From Piromyces finnis finn (taxonomy: Eukaryota; Fungi; Neocallimastigomycota), in the NCBI GenBank assembly GCA_002104945.1, contig MCFH01000073.1, positions 164,734 to 228,733 on the forward strand: a stretch of 64,000 nt of DNA, given 5' to 3'. The translations under genes were made by a program, and so were the position numbers. The stretch's first letter is position 1, and each line of letters starts with the position of its first letter. Shown piece by piece: positions 1 through 10,200 of the stretch. The notes under the pieces were generated by a model, which searched no databases, was not told the origin of the DNA, and was given only the letters and a program-made list of their open reading frames with translations.

Positions 1-47
1 ATCATTGTAGTACTGGTTGTCAAAAGGCTTTTGGTGAATGCTGGTAA
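1..47 (+). CDS. 3' end of a protein with a C-terminal CBM18 (hevein-type chitin-binding) module; partial
   Basis: Frame starting at 3 reads HCSTGCQKAFGECW-stop (TAA 45-47), matching the C-terminal half of CBM18 (CxxGCQxxFGxC). The rest lies outside the window. Confidence 0.7.
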   Translation, partial: HCSTGCQKAFGECW

Positions 48-238
48 ATATAAATCTAAAAGATGGGCTATTTTAATCTTGTGAAAAAAAAAGTGAACCA
101 ATAATACCGATTATTGTTCTTTTTTCTTTATCATGATTTAATAGTTTATTTTTTTTTAAAAAAAAAAAGAATTAACAAATGGAATTCTTTTTTTTTTTTT
201 TTTTTACAAAATTTTGAATCTATATTCTATATTTTTTA

Positions 239-272
<34 letters not shown>

Positions 273-740
273 AATAGTATCAAATTTTTGGTTTTATCAT
301 TAAAAAAAAAAAAAAACATTATTAAAAAAAAAACAATCTACATATATGTATATATGTAACTATATAATAACACAAAGCTATTATGATATATTTTATGAAA
401 AAAAAAAAAAACATTATAATAATCATTACATAAATATATATATATATAAATGAAACAATAAAATGAAACAATAACACCAATTATTTTATTAAATAATTTT
501 TTTAAAAAAAAAAGAAACAATAATAAAAAAAGAATAAATACAAATAATATTATTTATAAAATTAATTCTAATAAAGAGTAATAATATCAAGTAATTTTGG
601 TAGATATTACATATGTGTTTTTTTCATACATTATCATTATATTAAATTTTTTTAGAAAAAGCTCGTAATCAACTGCTAAAAAATTAAAAGTAAAGAAAAG
701 CGGTATTATCTTTGTTGAATGAATATATAAATAATGTATT

Positions 741-1032
741 CCCTCTTGGGAACGTGCCTTCATTTATTTAATAAATGTAGTTTCTCAAGGGGGTCTACTC
801 ATGCTCATGGTACTGAGAGAGTAGAAAGAATTAAATCCAAGTATTGCGCAATGGATGCTTGGTGCCCTCTTAGGAACGTGCCTTCATTTATTTAATAATG
901 GAGTTTATCAAGGGGGTCTACTCATGCTCATGGTACTGAGAGAGTAGAAAGAATTAAATCCAAGCATTGCGCAATGGATGCTTGGTTAGTCTTTAAGGGA
1001 AAATTATTAGGACTAAGCTCATGGTACTGAGC
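741..1032 (+). repeat. Tandem ~124-bp structured units in the LINE 5' UTR (two full units plus a partial third)
   Basis: Units at 741-862 and 865-985 are near-identical; hairpin CTCA-TGGTAC-TGAG recurs a third time at 1017-1032. Same arrangement in copy 3 (7240-7530). Confidence 0.9.
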
Positions 1033-1628
1033 GATTAAAAAACATTTTATTCATCGAATTGAGTATTTGATGAATAAGTTGAATGTTTGATATTCAGGTA
1101 AGTTTGTATAGTATTTAATTAGAAGAGTAATACATTTTGTTGCTGTATTTTTTCTTTTATTCATGTATTCATGTAGTACTACTCTTCTCTTGTAAGAATC
1201 CAATGTAGTCAACTTTAGCATTTGCATTGTATTTTTATATTCATGTAGCTATTGTTGTATTGTTTCTTGTAAGAGACTGATTCACTCTACATCATGTAAA
1301 AATACTATTCACAAGCTTTCTGGTGTCGACATTCTTGATTCAAATTTTTTACCAATTTAAATATTTAATGAAAAGTAAAGTCAAACAATTTTAGTGTCAA
1401 AAAGCGAATCGAATTTACTAACAACAAACCAAAACTAGAATTTTTAAAGAAAATTTACAACTAGAATTCAAAAAAAGAAACTTTAAACAAAGCATCGTAA
1501 CAATTTTTGTTCTATCCAGTACTTTTAAGAAGAGAGAGAGAGACAGATTTTTTTCCATATACGTTATATTTGTAATTTTTATTAGTATTTATTTTATATT
1601 CAATATTTTTTAATTAGAATTTATTATC

Positions 1629-4600
1629 ATGTCAGTCCTTTATATTAAAGATAAGAATTATATCAGACGTGGTACCCGGTCTTATGGTATCCCCTTAGAT
1701 GATATTCGCTCCTTCTTTATCCGTGGTATTCGATCATGGTCAGTAAATATGCTATGGGAAAAACTCGAGGTTATTCTAGAAGATAAATTTAATTCAGTTA
1801 TTAGTGTTAAATATTTTCAGACTTTCAATGATCACTTTTTCTTAGTCAAGGTTCATGGTTCATCGAAAGATTGTATTAAAATCTTACACATGTTAAAGAA
1901 GAAACTTTCAGTTACCTCAATTTCCTTTTCAGCTCGTAGTAGAAGGAATCACAAATACACTTTTTCCACTCTCAAACGTAAAATTTTAGTTTCTAATAAA
2001 CATCAACATTCTATTCAACAATCATTTCAACAATCAGTTCAACAATCTCATCAACAATCCGATCTTCAACTAGATCTTCAACAAGATCTTCAACAAGTTT
2101 CCAATCATGAAAATATTCCAGATCTACAGCAAACACAATTTCAATCTCAACATTCAACAATTAATTCTAATAGCTCTATCAACTCTGATAACAGTTCAAT
2201 AGTTGATAGTTCTTCAGTTTCACAGCCATCTAGTAATAGTTCTACTTATTCCTCTGATGCATCATCCATTAATAACGATGACTTTAATAATAATAATAAT
2301 AGCAACGATTCTTCCTCATCCAACAAGCCTGATAACTTTTCTTTTTGTCTTAGTTGGAACACCAATGGGTGGAATCACGAAAAGAGAGATAGTATTAGCT
2401 ATTTCACAGCTATTTTCAAACCATTATTTTTATGTTTCCAAGAAACTGGTAATGGTTCTGGATCGAATACAGATTATCCTTGTCGTGTTACTTTGCGAAA
2501 CTATAGACACTTTTTCAAGAAAGCTGACGAATCAGTTCCGGGAATGAGAGGTTTATATTTAGGTTTTCACAATTCATGTCAAGCCTCACTTGAAAACTTC
2601 TCTGGAAAGTATATTATTTCTATTTATACTTTTAGTCTCTGGAATAGATTCAAATGCTCGATTGGTAATGTTTATATGCCTCATAGTCATCACAACATCT
2701 ATGTTGATCATGCAAAGTTAGAAGTTCGCTTGTGGTTACAAACTCATTCATCCCATCCATCGATTCTTGTTGGTGATTTTAATATGTCTAAAGTAAAATT
2801 ATCCAACTGGTTATCAACTAATGGATTAGGAGATTGGGAAATTCTTCCGCTTAGAGGGTCTACTATCTCTTGGACTCGAGGTGATCAATCTTCCGACATT
2901 GACCATGCTCTTATCAATTCGAAGATGAAAGATCTTATTCACTCAGGATCATTTATAAATAATTTTTATCCTGTATCAGACCATAAGCCACTTCTTATTA
3001 ATGGTAAAATTATTCCTATGGAAGATTTTTCTAATGACTTTAATGTTCCTAAGAAAATTCTGAAATGGAATAGATTAAAATGTATTGAGGAAAAGGAATC
3101 TATTCTCAGTCATAATAAATTCCAAATACTTTCAGCAAAATCCAGCGATCCTAATGTTTCTACAGATGAACTTTCCAAAGAGTTTACTTCAACTGCTTTT
3201 TCAATTGCAGACGAGCTCAGTATTACCTCAGCAAATAATGTTATAAAGTCTTCATTTCATATTTCACAACAAATTTTTAATCTTCAAAAAATCAAAATGA
3301 AGTTGTATAAGAGATTTAAAAAAGAAAGAATTTATGATATAGATGAATTTATTAAAAGAATTAAAATCTACCGTAAACTCATTGATTACATCCACAAAAG
3401 ATGTAATGAATTTAGGAAGCAAGAATATCTTCATTGGATTAAAACAGGATGTGAGTATATGAAGAGTCATAATCCTAAGAAGGCCTGGAAATGGATCAAG
3501 AAAACTGCAAAAATTGGAAAAGATTCTTTCTTTATTGCTCAACCAATTAAAAATAAAAATGGAGAATTAGTTGTTGCTACAGAAGAACAACTAGATGTGT
3601 GGCATGATCATTTCGAAAATCTTGCATCAGACCCAAATGGTGTAAGTCTTGATTTGGAGCATTGGTATGAAGAACCAACGAATAAACGTTTTTCACTTCC
3701 TATGCTTGATGAGTGGGATATCAACCAAGATATTAGTATTGATGAAGTCAAGTCAGCTATCCTCACTACTCCAAATTATAAAGCATCAGGTCCGGATGGT
3801 ATTCCAATTGAATTTTACAAAGCATTAGTTCCATCAAGTAATGATTCTAATAATGCTACAGATAATAATTCTTCTGGTAATACTACTTCAGATAATGATG
3901 CTCATGGTTTAAATTTTATTCTTAAATTATTCAACCGTATTTGGGATGGAGATTTCCCCAACTCATGGAATGAATCCAGTATTGTTTCTATTCCTAAGAA
4001 GGGAGATTTGACAGATTGTGATAACTATCGAGGTATATCACTTATCAATAATGGTATTAAGTTGATTTCCAAAATTGTCACCACTAGAATCTCAGAATAT
4101 GGTCTAAAGAATAATTTCATTAGACCTGAACAATTTGGTTTTCGAAAAAAGGAAGAAAGTATTAGTCTTTTCATTTCAATCCAAGAAATATGCCGTAGAC
4201 GTCAATTAGATAATACAGAGACATATTTGGCCTTTTTAGATCTCAGGAAAGCATACGATTCAGTCCCAATCGGTAATATTCTCCATAAATTAGATTGTTT
4301 AGGAATCCGAGGTAAGAGTCTACAATTTATCAAAAATTTATATTTAACATCTAAGGCTAATGTCAAATTAGATGGACAATTCTCGAAATCTTTTGATGTG
4401 AAGAAAGGAGTCCGTCAAGGATGCCCTCTTTCTCCTATTCTCTTTAATCTCTTTATTAATGATATATTTAGAGAGTGCGAAGATCTAGGAGTCAGTTTAG
4501 GTGACACTCGATGCTGTGGTGGACTTTTTGCAGATGATATAGTTATTTGTGCTCCAACAAGAGGATGCTTAAAAAAGATGCTTAGAAGAGTTAATGAATG

Positions 4601-6152
4601 GGCACTGTATAATGAAATGGAATTTGGTATCCAGAAATGTTCAACGATGGTGATTCGTCCTGAATCAATAGAAAATCAGAACAAGAGAGATCCAACATTT
4701 TACTTAGCAGGACAACCCATTCCAACTACTGATTGCTATACTTATCTTGGTGTTCCATTTGATAAGAATCTGTCCCTTAAACCAGTAATTAAAGCTCTTA
4801 ATAACAAGGTTTTGAAAGGACTTTTCTCAGTCAGTAAATTCTTAAGAAATCCTAATATTCCTATTCCTTTCAAAAAACTAGTACTTAACTCACAAGTAAT
4901 CAGCAGAGTTTCATACTTTGCACCATTACTTGGATCCAACAAAGCTAGGTCTAGAATTGCTCAGAAGCATGTTAACAAAGGAATACGATGGGTTGCCGGA
5001 GTTCATAAAGCTGTATCGTTTATATCTTTATACTCTATCTCAAAAGATTTGAATATTCCTCCATTGTCAGCCAAATGTGCGTTAGCTCAGGTTAGATGTT
5101 TTAACAAATGGAAAAACTCAAATTGTATTATCTCACACCTTGTCAATTACATTCCTAAATTTAGAAAATACACGTGGTGCAAATCAAGTAGGACACTTGA
5201 TAAAAAACTAAAGAAACATGGAGATGTTAAAGCAGTTAAAAACTTTTATTGGAAAGATCTCAAAGGGAATTCAATCAAAGCGCAATATTATGATGATAAT
5301 AAATTTATTGAAACTAAAGATTTTATTAAATTATGTTATGAATACCCAGAGTTTGCCTATGGCTTCTACTGGCTATTGAAAGCAAGAAGCGGATACAAGT
5401 TGGATGCTAGAGTTGCCAAAGCTGCCAAATTTGTTGATCCAGTTTGTCCTAACTACTGTCCATGTTGCAAGTGTGGTGTTCAAAGTATTAAACATTGGTT
5501 ATTAGATTGTCCAACATTTAGAGATATCCGTATTAAACATTATGATTCCATAGTTCAGCTATTAAATTTTTTCAGTCAACGTAATTCCAATAGTCCTATC
5601 AATAATAATGAAATTGATAATATCAGTAGAGATAGTAATAACATTAATAGTAATAGTAACAATAGTAGTAATAACAATAGTAATAGTAACAATAGTAATA
5701 GTAACAATAGTAATAATAACAATAATAGAAATAATAATATTAGTAATGATAGCAATAGTGAAGATAATAATTCTAATTTAGATAGTAATTTAGTTAATGA
5801 TAGTAATAGTTCTAATAATCCGGTGAATATTAATGTGTATGATTATTCTAGTGTGTACAGTAAAATATTTAAATTCCTTCTTGGGGGAAGAAGTTTTAAC
5901 AATATTAATTACAATTCAAGGGAATGGAAAGAACTTTGTAAGCGTCAGATTCAATCTGATACTAACGAAGGAACACCATTCTTGACGGTAACCGCGGAAC
6001 TTCTAACCAAAATCATGCCTTTTGCTATTGGCCAGCAATGGACAATGTTCAAAAGGTTTGAAGCAACATCCAAGAGCGTCAATGCTGAAGAAACAGTAAG
6101 ACAGGCCAGGAGGGCCAGCGCAACCAATGGAGATCATAATTTTGTTCCATGA
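1629..6152 (+). CDS. LINE polyprotein: putative RRM-like N-terminus, Q/S/N-rich linker, APE endonuclease, reverse transcriptase, C-terminal CCHC-type zinc knuckle
   Basis: APE motifs SWNTNG, LCFQET, LVGDFN, IDHALI, SDHKP; RT motifs KASGPDG, YRGISL, QFGFR, FLDLRKAYDSV, GVRQGCPLSPILF, LFADD, YLGV; C-terminal CPCCKC...HWLLDC. The RRM call is by eye only. Confidence 0.95.
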   Translation: MSVLYIKDKNYIRRGTRSYGIPLDDIRSFFIRGIRSWSVNMLWEKLEVILEDKFNSVISVKYFQTFNDHFFLVKVHGSSKDCIKILHMLKKKLSVTSISFSARSRRNHKYTFSTLKRKILVSNKHQHSIQQSFQQSVQQSHQQSDLQLDLQQDLQQVSNHENIPDLQQTQFQSQHSTINSNSSINSDNSSIVDSSSVSQPSSNSSTYSSDASSINNDDFNNNNNSNDSSSSNKPDNFSFCLSWNTNGWNHEKRDSISYFTAIFKPLFLCFQETGNGSGSNTDYPCRVTLRNYRHFFKKADESVPGMRGLYLGFHNSCQASLENFSGKYIISIYTFSLWNRFKCSIGNVYMPHSHHNIYVDHAKLEVRLWLQTHSSHPSILVGDFNMSKVKLSNWLSTNGLGDWEILPLRGSTISWTRGDQSSDIDHALINSKMKDLIHSGSFINNFYPVSDHKPLLINGKIIPMEDFSNDFNVPKKILKWNRLKCIEEKESILSHNKFQILSAKSSDPNVSTDELSKEFTSTAFSIADELSITSANNVIKSSFHISQQIFNLQKIKMKLYKRFKKERIYDIDEFIKRIKIYRKLIDYIHKRCNEFRKQEYLHWIKTGCEYMKSHNPKKAWKWIKKTAKIGKDSFFIAQPIKNKNGELVVATEEQLDVWHDHFENLASDPNGVSLDLEHWYEEPTNKRFSLPMLDEWDINQDISIDEVKSAILTTPNYKASGPDGIPIEFYKALVPSSNDSNNATDNNSSGNTTSDNDAHGLNFILKLFNRIWDGDFPNSWNESSIVSIPKKGDLTDCDNYRGISLINNGIKLISKIVTTRISEYGLKNNFIRPEQFGFRKKEESISLFISIQEICRRRQLDNTETYLAFLDLRKAYDSVPIGNILHKLDCLGIRGKSLQFIKNLYLTSKANVKLDGQFSKSFDVKKGVRQGCPLSPILFNLFINDIFRECEDLGVSLGDTRCCGGLFADDIVICAPTRGCLKKMLRRVNEWALYNEMEFGIQKCSTMVIRPESIENQNKRDPTFYLAGQPIPTTDCYTYLGVPFDKNLSLKPVIKALNNKVLKGLFSVSKFLRNPNIPIPFKKLVLNSQVISRVSYFAPLLGSNKARSRIAQKHVNKGIRWVAGVHKAVSFISLYSISKDLNIPPLSAKCALAQVRCFNKWKNSNCIISHLVNYIPKFRKYTWCKSSRTLDKKLKKHGDVKAVKNFYWKDLKGNSIKAQYYDDNKFIETKDFIKLCYEYPEFAYGFYWLLKARSGYKLDARVAKAAKFVDPVCPNYCPCCKCGVQSIKHWLLDCPTFRDIRIKHYDSIVQLLNFFSQRNSNSPINNNEIDNISRDSNNINSNSNNSSNNNSNSNNSNSNNSNNNNNRNNNISNDSNSEDNNSNLDSNLVNDSNSSNNPVNINVYDYSSVYSKIFKFLLGGRSFNNINYNSREWKELCKRQIQSDTNEGTPFLTVTAELLTKIMPFAIGQQWTMFKRFEATSKSVNAEETVRQARRASATNGDHNFVP

Positions 6153-6186
6153 CAAAATTTTGATCTTTGGCTCGGTGTCCCATTGG
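6100..6186 (+). other. Predicted RNA structure overlapping the LINE stop codon (also at 6907-6993 and 12597-12683)
   Basis: GGCC/GGCC hairpin (6104-6116); AGATCA/TGATCT and AATTTTGT/ACAAAATT stems with loop TCCATG; CCAATGG (6124-6130) pairs with CCATTGG (6180-6186); GACA (6100-6103) pairs with TGTC (6176-6179). Confidence 0.6.
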
Positions 6187-6387
6187 AAGTCAAATACAAT
6201 TATTATACTTTAGTATGATAGTGGCTTTCTTACTTTAATTAAAATTACTAGAATACATTATACCCAATTTTTATTCATTTGTGTTTATTTAAACATATTT
6301 TTTTTATTTTTATTTTATTTTTTAATTTTTTATTACATGTATTATAATTTTAATTAAATTAATAATAAAGTTTAAAATATTTGATGC

Positions 6388-6426
<39 letters not shown>

Positions 6427-6431
<5 letters not shown>

Positions 6432-6439
6432 ATGTATTC
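6427..6439 (+). repeat. Target-site duplication of LINE copy 1, right copy (left copy 729-741)
   Basis: AAATAATGTATTC on both sides of the element; the leading As overlap the poly(A) tail. Confidence 0.85.
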
Positions 6440-6461
6440 ATTTTGGATATCTGGTATAAAT

Positions 6462-7192
6462 TAGTAACAATAGTAATAGTAACAATAGTAATAGTAACAA
6501 TAGTAATAGTAACAATATAATAATAACAATAATAGAAATAATAATATTAGTAATGATAGCAATAGTGAAGATAATAATTCTAATTTAGATAGTAATTTAG
6601 TTAATGATAGTAATAGTTCTAATAATACGGTGAATATTAATGTGTATGATTATTCTAGTGTGTGCAGTAAAATATTTAAATTCCTTCTTGGGGGAAGAAG
6701 TTTTAACAATATTAATTACAATTCAAGGGAATGGAAAGAACTTTGTAAGCGTCAGATTCAATCTGATTCTAACGAAGGAACACCATTCTTGACGGTAACC
6801 GCGGAACTTCTAACCAAAATCATGCCTTTTGCTATTGGCCAGCAATGGTCAATGTTCAAAAGGTTTGAAGCAACATCCAAGAGCGTCAATGCTGAAGAAA
6901 CAGTAAGACAGGCCAGGAGGGCCAGCGCAACCAATGGAGATCATAATTTTGTTCCATGACAAAATTTTGATCTTTGGCTCGGTGTCCCATTGGAAGTCAA
7001 ATACAATTATTATACTTTAGTATGATAGTGGCTTTCTTACTTAATTAAAATTACTAGAATACATTATACCCAATTTTATTCATTTGTGTTTATTTAAACA
7101 TATTTTTTTTATTTTTATTTTATTTTTAATTTTTTATTACATGTATTATAATTTTAATTAAATTAATAATAAAGTTTAAAATATTTGATGCC

Positions 7193-7227
<35 letters not shown>
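6462..7227 (+). mobile_element. LINE copy 2, 5'-truncated (~765 bp: ORF C-terminus, 3' UTR, poly(A))
   Basis: Begins inside the AGTAATAGTAACAAT repeat, matches roughly 5655-6429 of copy 1, poly(A) at 7196-7227. Flanked by ATCTGGTATAAAT (6449-6461) and ATCTGTATAAAT (7227-7238), a TSD with a 1-bp difference. Confidence 0.92.
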
Positions 7228-7231
<4 letters not shown>

Positions 7232-7239
7232 TATAAATA

Positions 7240-10200
7240 CCCTCTTGGAACGTGCCTTCATTTATTTAATAAATGTAGTTTCTCAAGGGGTCTACTCATG
7301 CTCATGGTACTGAGAGAGTAGAAAGAATTAAATCCAAGTATTGCGCAATGGATGCTTTGTGCCCTCTTAGGAACGTGCCTTCATTTATTTAATAAATGAA
7401 GTTTATCAAGGGGGTCTACTCATGCTCATGGTACTGAGAGAGTAGAAAGAATTAAATCCAAGCATTGCGCAATGGATGCTTGGTTAGTCTTTAAGGGAAA
7501 ATTATTAGGACTAAGCTCATGGTACTGAGCGATTAAAAAACATTTTATTCATCGAATTTAAGTATTTGATGAATAAGTTGAATGTTTGATACTCAGGTAA
7601 GTTTGTATAGTATTTAATTAGAAGAGTAATACATTTTGTTGCTGTATTTTTTCTTTTATTCATGTATTCATGTAGTACTACTCTTCTCTTGTAAGAATCC
7701 AATGTAGTCAACTTTAGCATTTGCATTGTATTTTTATATTCATGTAGCTATTGTTGTATTGTTTCTTGTAAGAGACTGATTCACTCTACATCATGTAAAA
7801 ATACTATTCACAAGCTTTCTGGTGTCGACATTCTTGATTCAAATTTTTTACCAATTTAAATATTTAATGAAAAGTAAAGTCAAACAATTTTAGTGTCAAA
7901 AAGCGAATCGAATTTACTAACAACAAACCAAAACTAGAATTTTTAAAGAAAATTTACAACTAGAATTCAAAAAAAAGAAACTTTAAACAAAGCATCGTAA
8001 CAATTTTTGTTCTATCCAGTACTTTTAAGAAGAGAGAGAGAGACAGATTTTTTTCCATATACGTTATATTTGTAATTTTTATTAGTATTTATTTTATATT
8101 CAATATTTTTAATTAGAATTTATTATCATGTCAGTCCTTTATATTAAAGACAAGAATTATATCAGACGTGGTACCCGGTCTTATGGTATCCCCTTAGATG
8201 ATATTCGCTCCTTCTTTATCCGTGGTATTCGATCATGGTCAGTAAATATGCTATGGGAAAAACTCGAGGTTATTCTAGAAGATAAATTTAATTCAGTTAT
8301 TAGTGTTAAATATTTTCAAACTTTCAATGATCACTTTTTCTTAGTCAAGGTTCATGGTTCATCAAAAGATTGTATTAAAATCTTACACATGTTAAAGAAG
8401 AAACTTTCAGTTACCTCAATTTCCTTTTCAGCTCGTAGTAGAAGGAATCACAAATACACTTTTTCCACTCTCAAACGTAAAATTTTAGTTTCTAATAAAC
8501 ATCAACATTCTATTCAACAATCATTTCAACAATCAGTTCAACAATCTCATCAACAATCCGATCTTCAACAAGATCTTCAACAAGATCTTCAACAAGTTTC
8601 CAATCATGAAAATATTCCAGATCTACAGCAAACACAATTTCAATCTCAACATTCAACAATTAATTCTAATAGCTCTATCAACTCTGATAACAGTTCAATA
8701 GTTGATAGTTCTTCAGTTTCACAGCCATCTAGTAATAGTTCTACTTATTCCTCTGATGCATCATCCATTAATAATGATGACTTTATAATAATAATAATAG
8801 CAACGATTCTTCCTCATCCAACAAGCCTGATAACTTTTCTTTTTGTCTTAGTTGGAACACCAATGGGTGGAATCACGAAAAGAGAGATAGTATTAGCTAT
8901 TTCACAGCTATTTTCAAACCATTATTTTTATGTTTCCAAGAAACTGGTAATGGTTCTGGATCGAATACAGATTATCCTTGTCGTGTTACTTTGCGAAACT
9001 ATAGACACTTTTTCAAGAAAGCTGACGAATCAGTTCCGGGAATGAGAGGTTTATATTTAGGTTTTCACAATTCATGTCAAGCCTCACTTGAAAACTTCTC
9101 TGGAAAGTATATTATTTCTATTTATACTTTTAGTCTCTGGAATAGATTCAAATGCTCGATTGGTAATGTTTATATGCCTCATAGTCATCACAACATCTAT
9201 GTTGATCATGCAAAGTTAGAAGTTCGCTTGTGGTTACAAACTCATTCATCCCATCCATCGATTCTTGTTGGTGATTTTAATATGTCTAAAGTAAAATTAT
9301 CCAACTGGTTATCAACTAATGGATTAGGAGATTGGGAAATTCTTCCGCTTAGAGGGTCTACTATCTCTTGGACTCGAGGTGATCAATCTTCCGACATTGA
9401 CCATGCTCTTATCAATTCGAAGATGAAAGATCTTATTCACTCAGGATCATTTATAAATAATTTTTATCCTGTATCAGACCATAAGCCACTTCTTATTAAT
9501 GGTAAAATTATTCCTATGGAAGATTTTTCTAATGACTTTAATGTTCCTAAGAAAATTTGAAATGGAATAGATTAAAATGTATTGAGGAAAAGGAATCTAT
9601 TATCAGTCATAATAAATTCCAAATACTTTCAGCAAAATCCAACGATCCTAATGTTTCTACAGATGAACTTTCCAAAGAGTTTACTTCAACTGCTTTTTCA
9701 ATTGCAGACGAGCTCAGTATTACCTCAGCAAATAATGTTATAAAGTCTTCATTTCATATTTCACAACAAATTTTTAATCTCCAAAAAATCAAAATGAAGT
9801 TGTATAAGAGATTTAAAAAAGAAAGAATTTATGATATAGATGAATTTATTAAAAGAATTAAAATCTACCGTAAACTCATTGATTACATCCACAAAAGATG
9901 TAATGAATTTAGGAAGCAAGAATATCTTCATTGGATTAAAACAGGATGTGAGTATATGAAGAGTCATAATCCTAAGAAGGCCTGGAAATGGATCAAGAAA
10001 ACTGCAAAAATTGGAAAAGATTCTTTCTTTATTGCTCAACCAATTAAAAATAAAAATGGAGAATTAGTTGTTGCTACGGAAGAACAACTAGATGTGTGGC
10101 ATGATCATTTCGAAAATCTTGCATCAGACCCAAGTGGTGTAAGTCTTGATTTGGAGCATTGGTATGAAGAACCAACGAATAAACGTTTTTCACTTCCTAT

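Larger units (their letters stand above)
741..6429 (+). mobile_element. Non-LTR retrotransposon (APE-type LINE), copy 1, full length and apparently intact
   Basis: ~890-nt 5' UTR, single 1507-aa ORF, ~240-nt 3' UTR, poly(A) at 6391-6429, flanked by direct repeat AAATAATGTATTC (729-741 and 6427-6439). Confidence 0.95.

Noticed and set aside
338-520. Short hydrophobic ORFs in AT-rich DNA (338, 14974, 24836, 26858, 29324, 34507, 41208, 41681, 58619, 58665)
   Set aside because: Products of homopolymers and (AAT)n repeats (poly-I/L/N/K/F) with no motifs.
843-852. ATTGCGCAAT as a C/EBP-type bZIP site
   Set aside because: Perfect match to the animal consensus, but equally explained as part of hairpin C; nothing here supports a binding factor, so it is noted only within the 5' unit finding.
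741-985. CRISPR-like array
   Set aside because: Only two long units, no spacers, eukaryotic context, and part of a retrotransposon UTR.
741-1032. Assignment of the 5' units to a known ribozyme class (hammerhead, HDV, twister, pistol)
   Set aside because: CTGAGAGAGTAGAAA only mimics CUGANGA...GAAA with no stem II; no HDV P1/P3/P1.1 order; TTAAAT is present but pistol topology is not.
6095-6190. Antisense HDV ribozyme at the LINE 3' end
   Set aside because: A P3/L3-like GGC-CCTCCTG-GCC and a weak P1 exist, but the P1.1 GG, P4 placement and P2 partner are missing.
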